A stretch of DNA of 64,000 nt, from the NCBI GenBank assembly GCA_001949185.1, contig BDGG01000004.1, positions 3,877,777-3,941,776 of the forward strand, given 5' to 3'. Made by a program: the position numbers and the translations under genes. Source of the stretch: Ramazzottius varieornatus (Eukaryota; Animalia; Tardigrada). Below, in pieces: positions 51,676 to 63,947 of the stretch. Positions within the stretch are counted from its first letter, which is position 1. The number at the start of each line of letters is the position of its first letter. Below the pieces are notes generated by a model. That model did not search any database, was not told the DNA's origin, and worked only from the letters and a program-made list of their open reading frames with translations.

Positions 51676-53364
51676 ATGGAAAAGACTGTATTCTTTTTGA
51701 TTTTACTGCATGTGCGGATCGGAGCTGGAAGTGAATTCATGGAGGCTGATGCAAAGAGGAGTGGAAGCCCGCCGGTTTCGTCCACTTTGCCCATCGTTGT
51801 CAACACCTGGCCTTTTGTAAACGCCACGAGAGTTGCGTGGAGAACGCTGGACAAGGATGGAGCAACAGTGATTGATGCAATCGAGGCAGGGTGCATGGTG
51901 TGTGAGAAGGAGCAGTGCGATGGTACTGTTGGGTACGGCGGAAGTCCGGACGAGAACGGCGAATCTTCTCTGGACGCGATGATTATGGACGGGTTGGTGC
52001 TTACGATTCGCAATGCAATAGCTCACCGAGCAGAGATACGGTAGCTTTGCAGTTAGTATGCTGATTAATTTGCAGAACGACCATGAACGTGGGTGCAGTG
52101 GGGTATCTTCGTCGAGTCAAATCTGCTATATCCGTCGCGCGACAGGTTCTAGAAAAGACTAAGCACACGCTTCTGGTTGGAGAACTAGGTGAGCCTTGAG
52201 CACAGAGACTCGATAAAATGAAAAATGCAGAGATAGCACGTAATAGCAGAGATCGGTATCATGAGTGCGACTCTAGTAAAAAAAAGCAAGAACTTCTTAT
52301 TTTTTAGCCACTCAGTTCGCCGTATCGATGGGATTTCCTGAAGAAAGTTTGTCAACCAAGAAGTCCAAGGAAATATGGAAGAAATGGAGGGATAGTAACT
52401 GCCAACCAAATTTCTGGCAAGTAAGCTCGTCTTTAAATTGTGGTCTATAGTATGGCATATCGTTCGGCATGCCCTTACTAGAAGAGTTACGTAGAAGAAA
52501 ATATTTCCAATTTGACTTTGTTCTGACGATTGCGGTGTATCGTAGAACGTTGTACCTGATCCAAAGACATCTTGCGGACCTTACTCGCGGCCTAAGACGT
52601 TCGAGCACAGTGACAAGACGTCACTCCCAGAACGAAGGGACTTGGAGATAAGCAGGTACAATCACGACACCATTGGGATGATAGCCATCGACGGTGAGGG
52701 AAACGTGGCCGCGGGAACATCCACGAATGGAGCAACACACAAAATTCCAGGGTCAGTTCCGATAGTCGTTGGTGGTGGACTTTTGACGTATTGTATTGGG
52801 ATCATCCACGAACAACGTTGGCAAAGCAAGTAAGACGTGTCACACCGGGTTTGTAGACGAGTTGGCGACTCACCAATAACCGGGGCTGGAGCATACGCCG
52901 ACAGCTCTATAGGCGCTGCAGTGGGAACGGGCGATGGAGATGTTCTAATGCGCTTTTTACCCAGGTAGGTCTTATATCCTCTACTGGCTCTACTATATCA
53001 TAGTGGAGAACGGTACGGAAGGCGATTAGCTTCATTTTTCAGTTTTCGTGCTGTCTTGAATATGGCGCAAGGTATAGAACCGGAAGCTGCCGCCGAAGAG
53101 AGCCTGAAGAAGATCACACAGTTCTACCCTGACTTTTCTGGCGCGGTGGTCGCCGTTGACCGACGGGGAAACCACGGTATGTTTTAGCGTAGAGTTTGAC
53201 GGAACGTGTAGTTTTGTACTTTTATCTAATTCATCTTTGTAGGAGCTGCTTGTCATGGGTTCGAAAGTTTCCAGTATTCCGTGTTCGCCGCTGGGTTCAA
53301 AGACGCTGTCCTAAAGAATATACCTTGTCGTCGCAAAATTCCACAAAGAGCCAGCGAAGATTGA
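51676..53364 (+). CDS. AGA: Aspartylglucosaminidase (Ntn hydrolase)
   Basis: Signal peptide, [39 protein letters not shown] autocleavage site, GTSTNG, GRVGDSP, TGDGD. Confidence 0.96.
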
Positions 53365-53961
53365 AGTGTCCTTCTGTGCGTGCTTTCCAGAACCTTGGCC
53401 TTTCATTTTCTACCAGTAAGTTTTCTCCTTTTGTTAACCGCCGAAAGGTTTTCCTTTGTGAGCTGCTTTCGATACTTAGTAACCTTTCTGCTTCTTTTAC
53501 TGTTTTGGCATTCATCTCGCTAAATTACCGCTTGATTAATATTCAGACGGCGCTTAGGCACTTGTAAACACAGCATCCATTCGAATATTCCAAGTGAGCT
53601 GCTTGTTCACCGCTAAGTAGTGCTGGGAGGTCCAATACGCATACTTAAGTTCACTATCGATTGAGCTTTCAAATACTTCCGGCGCGACCCCGTCTCTGAT
53701 CTCCCTTTTTCTTCTTTTGCATGTGTGCATACGCTTCCGTAGCCCACAGAACGGTTTGTCTTTCTCGCTGCGCCTCCTTTCTGTCTTATCCGCCTTGGAG
53801 CACATCTTCTTTCGATCACATTTCGGTACAACAGAATGTGCATGTGATGCGGGGTATTCCGTTTTACTCAAGCTTGCTTTTCTCGGGAACCTAAACATTC
53901 TTTCTCCTTCCGGTGTTAGTCTCGAGACTGCACCTTTTTTTGTTGGGCTTTTCCGTGTCAT
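53297..53961 (-). CDS. Putative two-exon Lys/Arg-rich orphan (about 180 aa), 3' end antisense-overlapping AGA
   Basis: ORF 53554-53961 splices (GTATGC at 53644 to TTTAG at 53520) in frame into ORF 53297-53515. Confidence 0.4.
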
Positions 53962-54811
53962 TCAGTGAAATTCCAGATTTTCGAATGAAGAACCTGTTGC
54001 GGACTTATATGTGGTTGTGTTTTTGTTTCTGAAGGCAATATACATACATAGTCAGCGATATCTTTTTGCAGATGTGCGGGTTTGATAACTTTGGTATTTC
54101 TACTGCGCTGGAATGTATGGAATGATGTCAATTCCCTTACAAGCCATCACGCCGGATTACACGAGAGGGACGGGAAAATCGATGGGGATGACGTCCTGTT
54201 GGTGCCTGAATAAATTTGCATTTCCCTCAAAGTCTCTTATTAGTTTCCTCTGAACGACGGCTGTATGCATCGCTGTTGTCCGATTAGAGAGCCCAAATCA
54301 CATTTCCCCACATCGCCTGTCTGTCCTAAACGGATCCATAAATTTCCATTGAATGGAGAAAAGGGGACATCGCCTACAGTAGCTTCGTCTCTTCGGATGG
54401 TCCTGCATTAGGTGAGGAATGAACATCGTCCTTGTCACGAGGCGAAAACCGTTGAAATGCTATTTTCAGCTGGTGAAGTGGGAAGGGTACCACGTGAAAA
54501 ACGTGATGCTAATCTCATGTGCTCAAACTTCCTTACGAACCCAGACAACAGTTATTCTTGTCGAGAACTATTCGATTTGAAATTGCGGAGTCGGCGAACG
54601 CTATTCACCAAAACGGCTTCCGTCGGCAAAAGCGAAGCAGCGGTCTCGGTAGGCAAGTTCATGTGTTCATGATACGTTGTTCCACACGTTCTTCAATGTT
54701 TACCTTCTAGAATTTCTTTCTCTCTTTTGGGTATACGGATTTTGTGCAAACCGATTTATTGTTGCATTTATTCATTTGCAGGTGGAGCCTGTGGTCCTTT
54801 TCACGTTCCTG

Positions 54812-57430
54812 ATGATGGAAGACCCGAAAATCGACATAACGCCAGCTCCACGTACTCTCGGTGATTGGCTACCGCAGGGGGGATCCATTCCAGTTTCGCA
54901 GTCCAGTAATTCGCTCCAAGCACATTCCCCGGTACTGCAGAGCTGTGGTGAATCCGTGGACTCAAGTGAATCTACCAGCGACAGCGCCACCTGTGGTCCA
55001 GTGCGAATACTTCCTTGCCAGCACCCGTCCTCAGATTCCCTGCCCGTTCAAGTTGCAGCGCAAACCCTAAGAGAAGAAATTCTGGAGTTACTTCGGAAAA
55101 CCGAAGCTCGAGTTGTGGAAATGGAGTCCGCACTACCCACCGCTTCGTCGTTATCTTCGCGTGTACCTGCTGCAGCTCCCCGATCGCTCAACCGGTCCGC
55201 AAGCCACAATGGTACATCCAATTGTACTCCTGTCCGACGAGTGGCTTCTTTCAGACAGGATAAGCTGCTTGACCTGAAAAGTCGGTTGCAAAAACTGCAC
55301 CTCGAATTGGAAGCGGTGCGTGCGGAGGGCACACCTTCAGAAATTACCAAGCTGAAGACCCTGAAAAAATTTGCACTCTTCCAGCTATCACCGCGCGCAA
55401 TTCCCAAGAGGGCTTATGCTGCCCCGTCCTGTGACTCGTCGGTGACGTCTGGTTTTGGCACGTCAAAAAGTTCGACTTGCTCAACCGTATCCCGCACTTC
55501 CTCCTTACGCAAGCCAGCTTACGGACGGTCAGTTTCCTACAGTGATCGACCAGCCAGCGCTTCCAGCACGACAAGCAAGTCAAACAACCTCCTCCGCTCC
55601 GCGTACGTCTGCTCAATTACAAGTGGCCTCGAAAAGGAAGGTTTTGTCAGTTGCGTATCAGGGAAAGAAACCAAACTTAGAGTGATACTGTGGAGTAAAG
55701 ATGTGCGGTCCCGACCGCCTTCCGGGCCGGAATGCCTTCAAGCCAGACTTGAGGCGACATCTGCCGGAAGTGAGGGCGCCGCCACTGCATCGAACGTCGT
55801 TGTGCGACAGCTACGAGCTGACACCTTTGAACTCAGCTTTACCTTGCCAGACATCACAGTATCGTGGAAGTTACATGTAACCCTGCAAGGTTCGCCGATC
55901 ACTGGAAGTCCTTTCCTCGCTCTGGGCAAGAAGCCGGTGATCAGAGAAGAAGCGGTACGTGAGTCGCTGTTTGCGCCAGTTTGCTCGAAACTTAATGGGT
56001 CCTTCAGAAATGGGACACCGTCGTCTCCGAAGTCGCGAAGCAGCCGAACGATATTCTCCGCTCCAGTACAACTGAATTCGAATAGGCTATCTGAAGTGGA
56101 GGAAGACGACTTGCTCATGCACAGTATTGGATCGTTTGGACGTACCAATGGTCATTTTTTGAACCCACAAGGCATCTGCATCACCGACGATGGACCGATC
56201 GCTGTAACTGATAGCCAGTTGGGCATAGTACAGGTAGGATTACTTAACAGCTGGAAAATGAAATCATAACGAAATTATCTTCCTTGATTCTGTAGGTGTT
56301 TACGATGGATGGCGAATTCGTCAAGCGGATCGGTCAACGTGGCCGGAAGCCCGGACAGTTACTACGACCCACAGGAATCACTTTTGCCCCACACTGCATG
56401 AACCAGTGGAATGTGGACATTTTCGTAGTGGCTGACTACGAGAATCGAACCATCGTGGTCTTCGATATGGAGGGCGTTGTCCTAGCCAGCTTCGGCGCTA
56501 GTATTCTTACCGGACCAAAGGGCGTGGTAGTCGCCACCAACGGGGACATCCTTGTTATCGACAACCGCTCAAATAGCCTCGTTATATTCCGCAATGGGAA
56601 ACTCTTCAAGAAGGCTTGGACGCCATCTTCAAGTCAAGCCAATCTGGCGGGTCCGCATTACGTGACGGTATGAAAAGGAAAAGATTTCTCTCTAAACACC
56701 TTTCCTAATGAGGTTATTTATCAGGTCTCGCGAGCATCCGGTGAAGTCTTTGTCTCTGACTTCCATCACCACTCGATCAAAGTATTTGACAACCAGTATA
56801 ATTACCGTTGGTCATTCGGCTCATTCAATGCTGACGGCGGAATGGGCTCCTTCAGCGGACCAACAGGTACTTGAAGGGATTTTCCCCAAACAGGATACAC
56901 TGCTCCGAATGAAATCGACTGGCCTTTGGTTTATCTTGGGAAAATGCATCTGAAGTCTGTTGCAGGCATTGCTGTCGATCACAGAGGGCTTGTCGTCGCC
57001 GACTGGGGAAGTGGCCGTATTCAGGTACGACCTAATTGACACGAACATGAACACGTTGAACAATCTTGTTGAAGAATAGTATTTTGCAACTAAACGGGAA
57101 ATAAAAGTTTTTTCTTCCCGTCTTGCAGCTGTTCGATCACAGTGGCTCTTTCCTGGCTTTCGTCACGTATTCCAGGCCTCTGTATGGACCTCAAGGTCTC
57201 GCATTAGGGCACGATGGATCAATCTATGTCTGCGACCCAGGTACCACGTTCATGTCACTGGGGATTTTTTGTCAAATAAGGCGTGGCAGAACAAGATCGG
57301 AACTGACATTGAGTACTTTGCAGGTAACCACTGCGTCAGGGTTTACCGCCATCCTCTAGACAGCACGGTTCCCGCCTCCGCGAGTACTTCTTCGAAAGAC
57401 GACGATTCCGAATCTCAAATCTCGTCCTAG
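54812..57430 (+). CDS. TRIM2/TRIM3-like filamin + NHL-repeat protein without an intact RING or B-box
   Basis: Filamin end ([15 protein letters not shown]), [74 protein letters not shown] closely follow the TRIM2/3 C-terminus. Confidence 0.85.
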
Positions 57431-57879
57431 AATTTTTATCCCTTGAAAAAATTTTGAATTCCCATAAAGAGTAAGTTTGTTTTGAACTCGATAATTTTTA
57501 TTTTGCATAATTGCTGTCTCGTTCAACGGTTGTAAACAAAACTTTTTATTTCGACTGTGTGCTGTATATATTGCTCAGTCGCTGAAAAGTTAACGATAGT
57601 GCGGTTGTCGATTTCTCATTGGAGAGCTACGTTACTGCTTCGAAACTAAAACGACGTTTTTTTTCCAACGACTCATTCAGAAGAGTGCTCCGCTGCAGAA
57701 TGGATGTCTACAGGGAGTAATGGGCTGTGAAGTTGCAAGCACTGCGGTATGAGTTGGGTAAAGAATAGTGCGTCATTTGAGTCGGGCGACAAAGTGATAC
57801 TTCCGACCGATATGCGATCTAGCTTTTTTATGTGGTTTCCATTTCTTAGCTGAAGCGGACATTCGGTCTAAATATCGTA

Positions 57880-58054
57880 TACGCAGGACGAGAAATTATG
57901 GTACAGTAAAAATTATGGGACAGGCGGGCGGCGAAATGGAAATTCGACCGTAGAAAAGTGTTGGGAAATATATTACTGTGAATCGGTCGCGTAAGTACAT
58001 GCTCCCGTACCCCCGTAGCGAAAAGGCCTGTACCATAATTTCTCGTCCTGCGTG
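57880..58054. mobile_element. Tc1/mariner-like MITE (175 bp, TA target duplication)
   Basis: TA-TACGCAGGACGAGAAATTATGGTACAG ... CTGTACCATAATTTCTCGTCCTGCGTG-TA (27-bp TIR, 1 mismatch). Confidence 0.8.
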
Positions 58055-59534
58055 TACTGGAGATCAAGGATACCAGTAATCTGCGGCATTCGCATCAACT
58101 TTCGTCCGCGTAATCAGCCTCTCGGTCTTGGTGAGATGCCACCGGGAAATGTGATGCGAAGGTTGATAGACGATGTACTCTAGGTCGCATTCTACTCGTA
58201 GAAAGATATATGTGAATTCAGAGGAGCCACGCAGGGTGCGCCACGGGCTCCCAATGGCGATCTCATCAACCCTGACCGCAATTCGGCATGCGCAATTTCC
58301 GCCCAAACAAGAAGTTTTTATCCGCGCTTTCTAAATCGCACTTTAATTGAGTGGAAGAACGTAGCTCAGGTTGCGTTAGTGTCCGAACTTCACCGCTGCC
58401 AATATTTTAGTTCTTATAAACGACGCTAAAGGTGCAAGATCAATTCATGATGCTGGCGACAAGTTCGAGTCGTTCCCCAACCGAAACGCAGATCGTTTAC
58501 AATGAACAAGTTCAGCTTAAAGCTTGGAATTTTTCTCTGTGAAAAGCCGCATCATGAAAACTGCAATCCCAGCACACCGCGGGTCAGCCTAAAAGAAATA
58601 ACATAAAACTGTCACCGTGCATCTTATACTTGACGGTAAATACTTGGCAAAATTTTTACTTCTGGGAGGAGCAGCTGGGAAAGTTGTCCACCATCTTGCG
58701 AGGAACCACGGCCAAGAATCTGCAAACATGCTGAACGTACAATGGGCGGAGAAGTGAGAACCGTGGTCTCGCTTCCCTCACTCCCGGTTAAGCCACGTTC
58801 ATTATACGTACTACTATGTGTATGGCGGAAGAGCAACTCAACAGTTGGAAGCGAGCACTTTCGCACTGTCAGCACACTGCGTCAGTCCTAATTGTGATGG
58901 ACTTTCTTCCCGGTGGGTCACGGAATCAAAGGCTCACTAGGGAATAGCTATAGAGCTAGTTGTTACAGTACAACGGTTCCACATAATGTGTTGTTGAGCA
59001 GTGGAAATCCTTTCTGTGACAGCGCCCATACAAGATATCCGTCACACAATGGCCCGTGAGCGATGGATGTAATTCCTGAGCTTTTCAACCCCAAATCCTT
59101 TTCCGCCATCTACGGAATAAGTCAGCTTATCAAAGATCGCTAATCTATCAACCCAAGTCGTCAGATCCTGGGAGATTTGTTTCGTCCAGTTCGCAAGCAT
59201 CATATTCAGCGCACTCCCTTCAGTCATCCTAGTCTGATATTGACAGCTCCCAGACATAAATCACTTAACCTTTCATCCATTAATCCCGATAAATATTGTA
59301 TTTCGATCACATTCAGGCTTTGGCTGGTCTCAAATTTGTCTATTTTGCACTTCAAAACGGAGTATTATGGTGCATGCGTAGGCTGATCCGGGCCGGAAGC
59401 GACCGCGCAACTATCCGTTATTATTGTTATCTGGCTAAAGGCTATGGACATGACAACTTTTCCCTTTACGGATTTCGAACTTGATCCTATGACGAAGAAG
59501 TAATTTATCCGAGAACTGTTTTCGAACACTGAAA

Positions 59535-61899
59535 ATGGCAAATTTATCGGCTGTATCTCTGTACGATCACGGCGCGATAGTGCAGTTGGACTCTTACATC
59601 GAAGACATGACGTTGACCAACGCAACTTTAGACATGGTTCCTGATGGAAAAGAGGTCCACATAATAGTCACTTGCGTTTTTACAGGTAAGTAATATATCG
59701 GTGCCCATGAAACCGCGTTCTGTGGGGCGCAGAGTAAAATTTCACAATGGTTCTTTGCAGCTATCTTCATTATTGGAGTAGTTGGAAATGCCATGCTGAT
59801 TTTTACAGTAGCGCGAAATTTGAGTATGCAGGTAAGGAGAAACTTGCTATTAGAGCAATGCTCAAAGGTAGATAATATCCTTGAGTATGAAAGCAAAACG
59901 CCGCTAGTTTCCATCATGTTCACACGAAATTGTTTTTTTAGATACCGCCCAACATCTTCCTGGCGAACATGGCGGTTGGTGACCTCCTGGTAGTATTGAT
60001 CAGCGTGCCCTTCGCCACGATACCATACATAACGCCCTCTTGGCCATTTGGCGTGGTGAGTCAAACCCGGAAACTTTTTTCCTTTATGCTATGGTTTATT
60101 CATTGAAGCCTGGTGTCGGAACTTTAATTAACCCGGTCTTATAAACGACGATATCCTTTCCTGTTCGTCCATTCTTATTAATAACGACTGATTCGTTTAG
60201 ATACTGTGCAAATTCAACGCAATGCTTCAAGACATTTCCATCGGCGTTTCCATATTCACATTGCTCATCTTATCTGTAGACCGGTAAGACGTTCCGGCTG
60301 GTAGTAGAGGTTTTGAATTGAAACAGACCAAAGGATAGTATAAAATTTATGGACAGCGAACGACACTTCCGGATCCGTCTAACCCGACGTCGACGACGGT
60401 CGAACGCAATCCATTAAGAATTCATCGCTGGATCCAACTTACAAATGTCGGCCTTCCGGCTATACTAACGTTTATCCCATGCCGCCTTAGATTACTGTGA
60501 TTTCTGAGCCGATGTGTCCTAATTCAGTTTGTCCAGATGGCAGTCCGATTGATACGTAACCCACTTAGTCCGTCACAAGCGCTTGTTCAATTGCAGATAT
60601 GTGGCGATCGTTACTCCATTCAAGCTCCACAATAAACGAAGTACCCGCGGTTGTTCCCTTTCAATCAAGATGAAGATACTTGCTATATGGCTGGTCTCCG
60701 CTGCCTTCTCTGTTCCGGATGCTATCAACACCAGTCTGGAGGTGGTGGAGACCATGGAGGACCCTTCCAACGTCACTGAGCCGATACTCATCTGTAGTCC
60801 TTACCCTTTCGCGCTTAGTCCCCAGTATCACATTGGCGTGGTCCTTGGGAAGTTCCTGGTCTATTTTGTACTTCCGGTGGTCTTCATCGTTCTGGTGTAC
60901 AGCTTGATGGCTCGTCAACTGATATCCTCGACCGACATGGTCCCGTCCCATGGTAATCAACAGCAACTTCAGAAGCAAATGCAGAATCGGAAGTCTTTGG
61001 CCAAGGTGGGCGTGGTTACGTATAACCCTTTCGCCATCGAAACGCTGGCCAATCAACTCACCCATATCGCTTTCCCAGGTGGCCCACGTTTACAGCCAAA
61101 AACACTGATAGCGCGCGCCACTTGGGAACTCTACAAGATCGTTTTTTCAAGTAGCGCACGCTTCCAGCTAGCAACAACGGAAACGTGCGTCGCTCGAGAT
61201 AAGGATCCGGTTGAAATTATATGTCGACGTCTCATTCATTGCACAAGATGCCATGCGGATTTATCTATATCTCTTTCGTAGTTATTCTTCATTATGGTCC
61301 TCGTGTTCGTTATTTGGTAAGTGAGCTTTATATAAAAGTGATTATCAACCAAATGTTTTTTTCTTGCAGTTTTTTGCCGAAGCATATCTTTCTCATATGG
61401 TTCTACGGCGATCCCAACTCCATGGAAAATTATAATCTGGGCTGGCACATCTTCAAGATCATAAGCCACTGTTTGGCTTATGTTAACTCTTGGTAAGTTG
61501 TTCATATCACTCTTAATTATATCCCCATTCCCTCTATCATTTTTGCTGTTGTTGTTCTAGTGCGAATCCCGGTACGTTTGTCACTGTCGAACGCAGCACA
61601 GTTCAATCGTCATTCTAAAAATAATGCAAATAATTTTGCTTGCAGTGACGCTCTATTTCCTGTCCAAAGTATTCCGCCGCTATTTCGATCGGTATTTAAG
61701 ATTTGGCTGCAAGTCAAGAGGAGAAGACTGGCCGCGACTTCGTCGGAATGAGTTGACGCAGAGTTCACGGACAGAACTCTCATCACTGAATGGATTTTCC
61801 CTAAGTCTTACTGATCGGAGGAAGTCTGGCAATAGTACCAAGTCAAGCGTCTACAGTTGCAAGACACCCTATGGTTTGAATTCCACAAATTACCTCTGA
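59535..61899 (+). CDS. Class A neuropeptide GPCR, CCHamide/bombesin (GRPR/BRS3) receptor family
   Basis: GVVGN, PNIFLANMAVGDLL..SVPF, WPFG, DISIGVSIFTLLILSVDRY, FLVYFVLP...YSLMARQL, CFLPKH, NSCANPVTLY. Confidence 0.9.
61072..61208 (-). repeat. Palindromic intronic repeat family, copy D (reverse orientation, preceded by a partial copy)
   Basis: GATCGTTTTTTCAAGTAGCGCAC...CAACAACGGAAACGTGCG...GGATC (61137-61208) matches the reverse complement of the copy E core; partial copy at 61072-61127. Confidence 0.65.
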
Positions 61900-63566
61900 G
61901 AGGAGGGAGAGCAAACTAAACCCTGCGGCGACTGCGTGCCGCTAATAACCCGGCTCGCCGGTTCTCTCCGTGCGTCAGGTCTGCGCTTTGTGCAGTAATT
62001 TGGCAGGAGCTTTCACGTCGGCTAATTCAACTTGCTTAAATAATCAGACAAGCAAAACTTGATGCAAGTTTACAAGTCTTGCTGATGCTGTCGAAAGGCC
62101 AATTTATGGGCTGTGAGTGACCTTGACCCGACACTGAATAAACTTCAACAGTGTACTGTAATGCTTCTTGAACTTCGCGTATAGGCGCTTGTTTTAGGCT
62201 CAGTTTTTGACTGGCTGTTTCAATCCTGACGTATCAGCACGCCTGATGGCTGTGTAAGGTGACATAGAAGAGCTCGTAGCAGATCGTTTGATCGCTCTGA
62301 CTGATACATGCTCGCAATGTTTGGACTGGCGCCCGAAAGAGCTTTCCATACTACCGCAAACTGCTGACTCATACAGCAGTCTGCCAAGCTCAGCCGTGCG
62401 TTTCTCTCAGTGCAACTTCCCCAAACTGTTGGCCGTGTTGTCTGTGCGCCGTGCTTGCTGGCACAGAAACGTACGCCATCGCACAACGCTGAACTGATAC
62501 AATCACACCAGAGGCAACGGCGGAACGAAAGGGACAGAAATGCTGTACGCCGATCGGCTATAAAGTCTTCGCGAAGCACATCATCATACGCGAAAAGTTG
62601 AACCCCGGTTCGAAAATTTTGCTCTAGCAACTCCTTAAGGGGTGTTTCGCGCGTATGATGACGTATTACGCGAAGTTCAAGAGCATTACAGTATTGTGAA
62701 ATAAGATCGGGTCTGTACAATCAGGGAAGTTCCACAGTGCGCCTCTGACAAAGGAACGTTGAACCATTCATCCTACTGCTCGTATTTCCGGTGCATTCGT
62801 CTATGAAGCGCACTATATTCGAAGGCGGATAACCCATGTTCCGGATCACCAAGTTCGGTGCCACCATGTTCCGTTAGCTGGGAATATACTGCTTGAGTCT
62901 TTGTTCACGTGAGTTTCCAAGGGGTTTGGCGGTTTCCACTTCCCATAACCGACACCAACAGAGGAAAACATCGGTAAAAAAGCTAGCTATCTGGCTTCGA
63001 ACACAACCTGTTCAAAGTTTCGCTCCAGCAAAATACTCATATTCATACTAGCTGCCCGAAAACATTTCTGGCCCCTTTAAAGCGTATTCGGAACCCCAAC
63101 TTCTGTTGTAACTTCCGCAGTGACGTCAACGCGCTAATTGTCGACTATTCAAAAACTCAGATAGGAACCTGATTTAAGTCGTAAAATTTTGAACCTTCGG
63201 ACTTCGTTAGTATTGACAGCCAGTGAAAGTACTGACAACTGCGAAAAGGAGGTCGCAAATTGCTAGCACTTTTACTTCCGGCCAACTCACAAACAAGCAA
63301 GAAAAGCTTCACACATTAATTTTGTTGTACACTGCTCGTACTCTGAAAGCTCTTCAGCAAACTAATCATAATATTTGAAAAGGTCAAAATTTAAAACGTA
63401 TCTAATTAGTACTAACACCGATCTATGAATAAAGTATAACAATGAAGGTCGCTGTGTTCGAGGCCATGAGAAGAAATAAGGAGGAAGCTTTTCACAACGA
63501 AAAATAAATCACTAAAATTTCTACTGACAAACCGGTACGGTACCATCAGGCTCGTGCGGTTATCCA

Positions 63567-63801
63567 TCACGCCACCATGTGCTTGTACTTCCAGTCCGCT
63601 AATGGCACAAGTCCCCGCTTCACCGATTGTTCTGACGTCCATCGGAGCAGATAATGGGGACCTCCTGCCTTATCATTGGTTCCTGAATGTCTGGCGCCGC
63701 CAAAGGGCTGCTGGCCCACGACAGCCCCCGTCGACTTGTCGTTGATGTATAAGTTACCAGCTGCGAAGCGCAGCTTCCTTCGCCACATTTCCAAAACGGA
63801 C
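63567..63801 (-). CDS. ALDH4A1: Delta-1-pyrroline-5-carboxylate dehydrogenase, last exon (gene continues beyond the window)
   Basis: [42 protein letters not shown]; splice acceptor at 63802. Confidence 0.93.
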
Positions 63802-63840
63802 CTGAAAAACGAACAAAACAGTGAAGATAAATGGGACGTC

Positions 63841-63947
63841 GGCAGATGAATCGAAGATGATCGTCATATAAAGTGGCGCACGTGTTCGTTGTTAATGGCT
63901 AGAACTATGCGCCACTTGAGAAAACGATCATGTTCGGTTCATTTGCC
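63841..63947 (+). repeat. Palindromic intronic repeat family, copy E
   Basis: GGCAGATGAA...GATCGTCATATAAAGTGGCGCACG...TGCGCCACTTGAGAAAACGATC...TTCATTTGCC. Confidence 0.78.
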
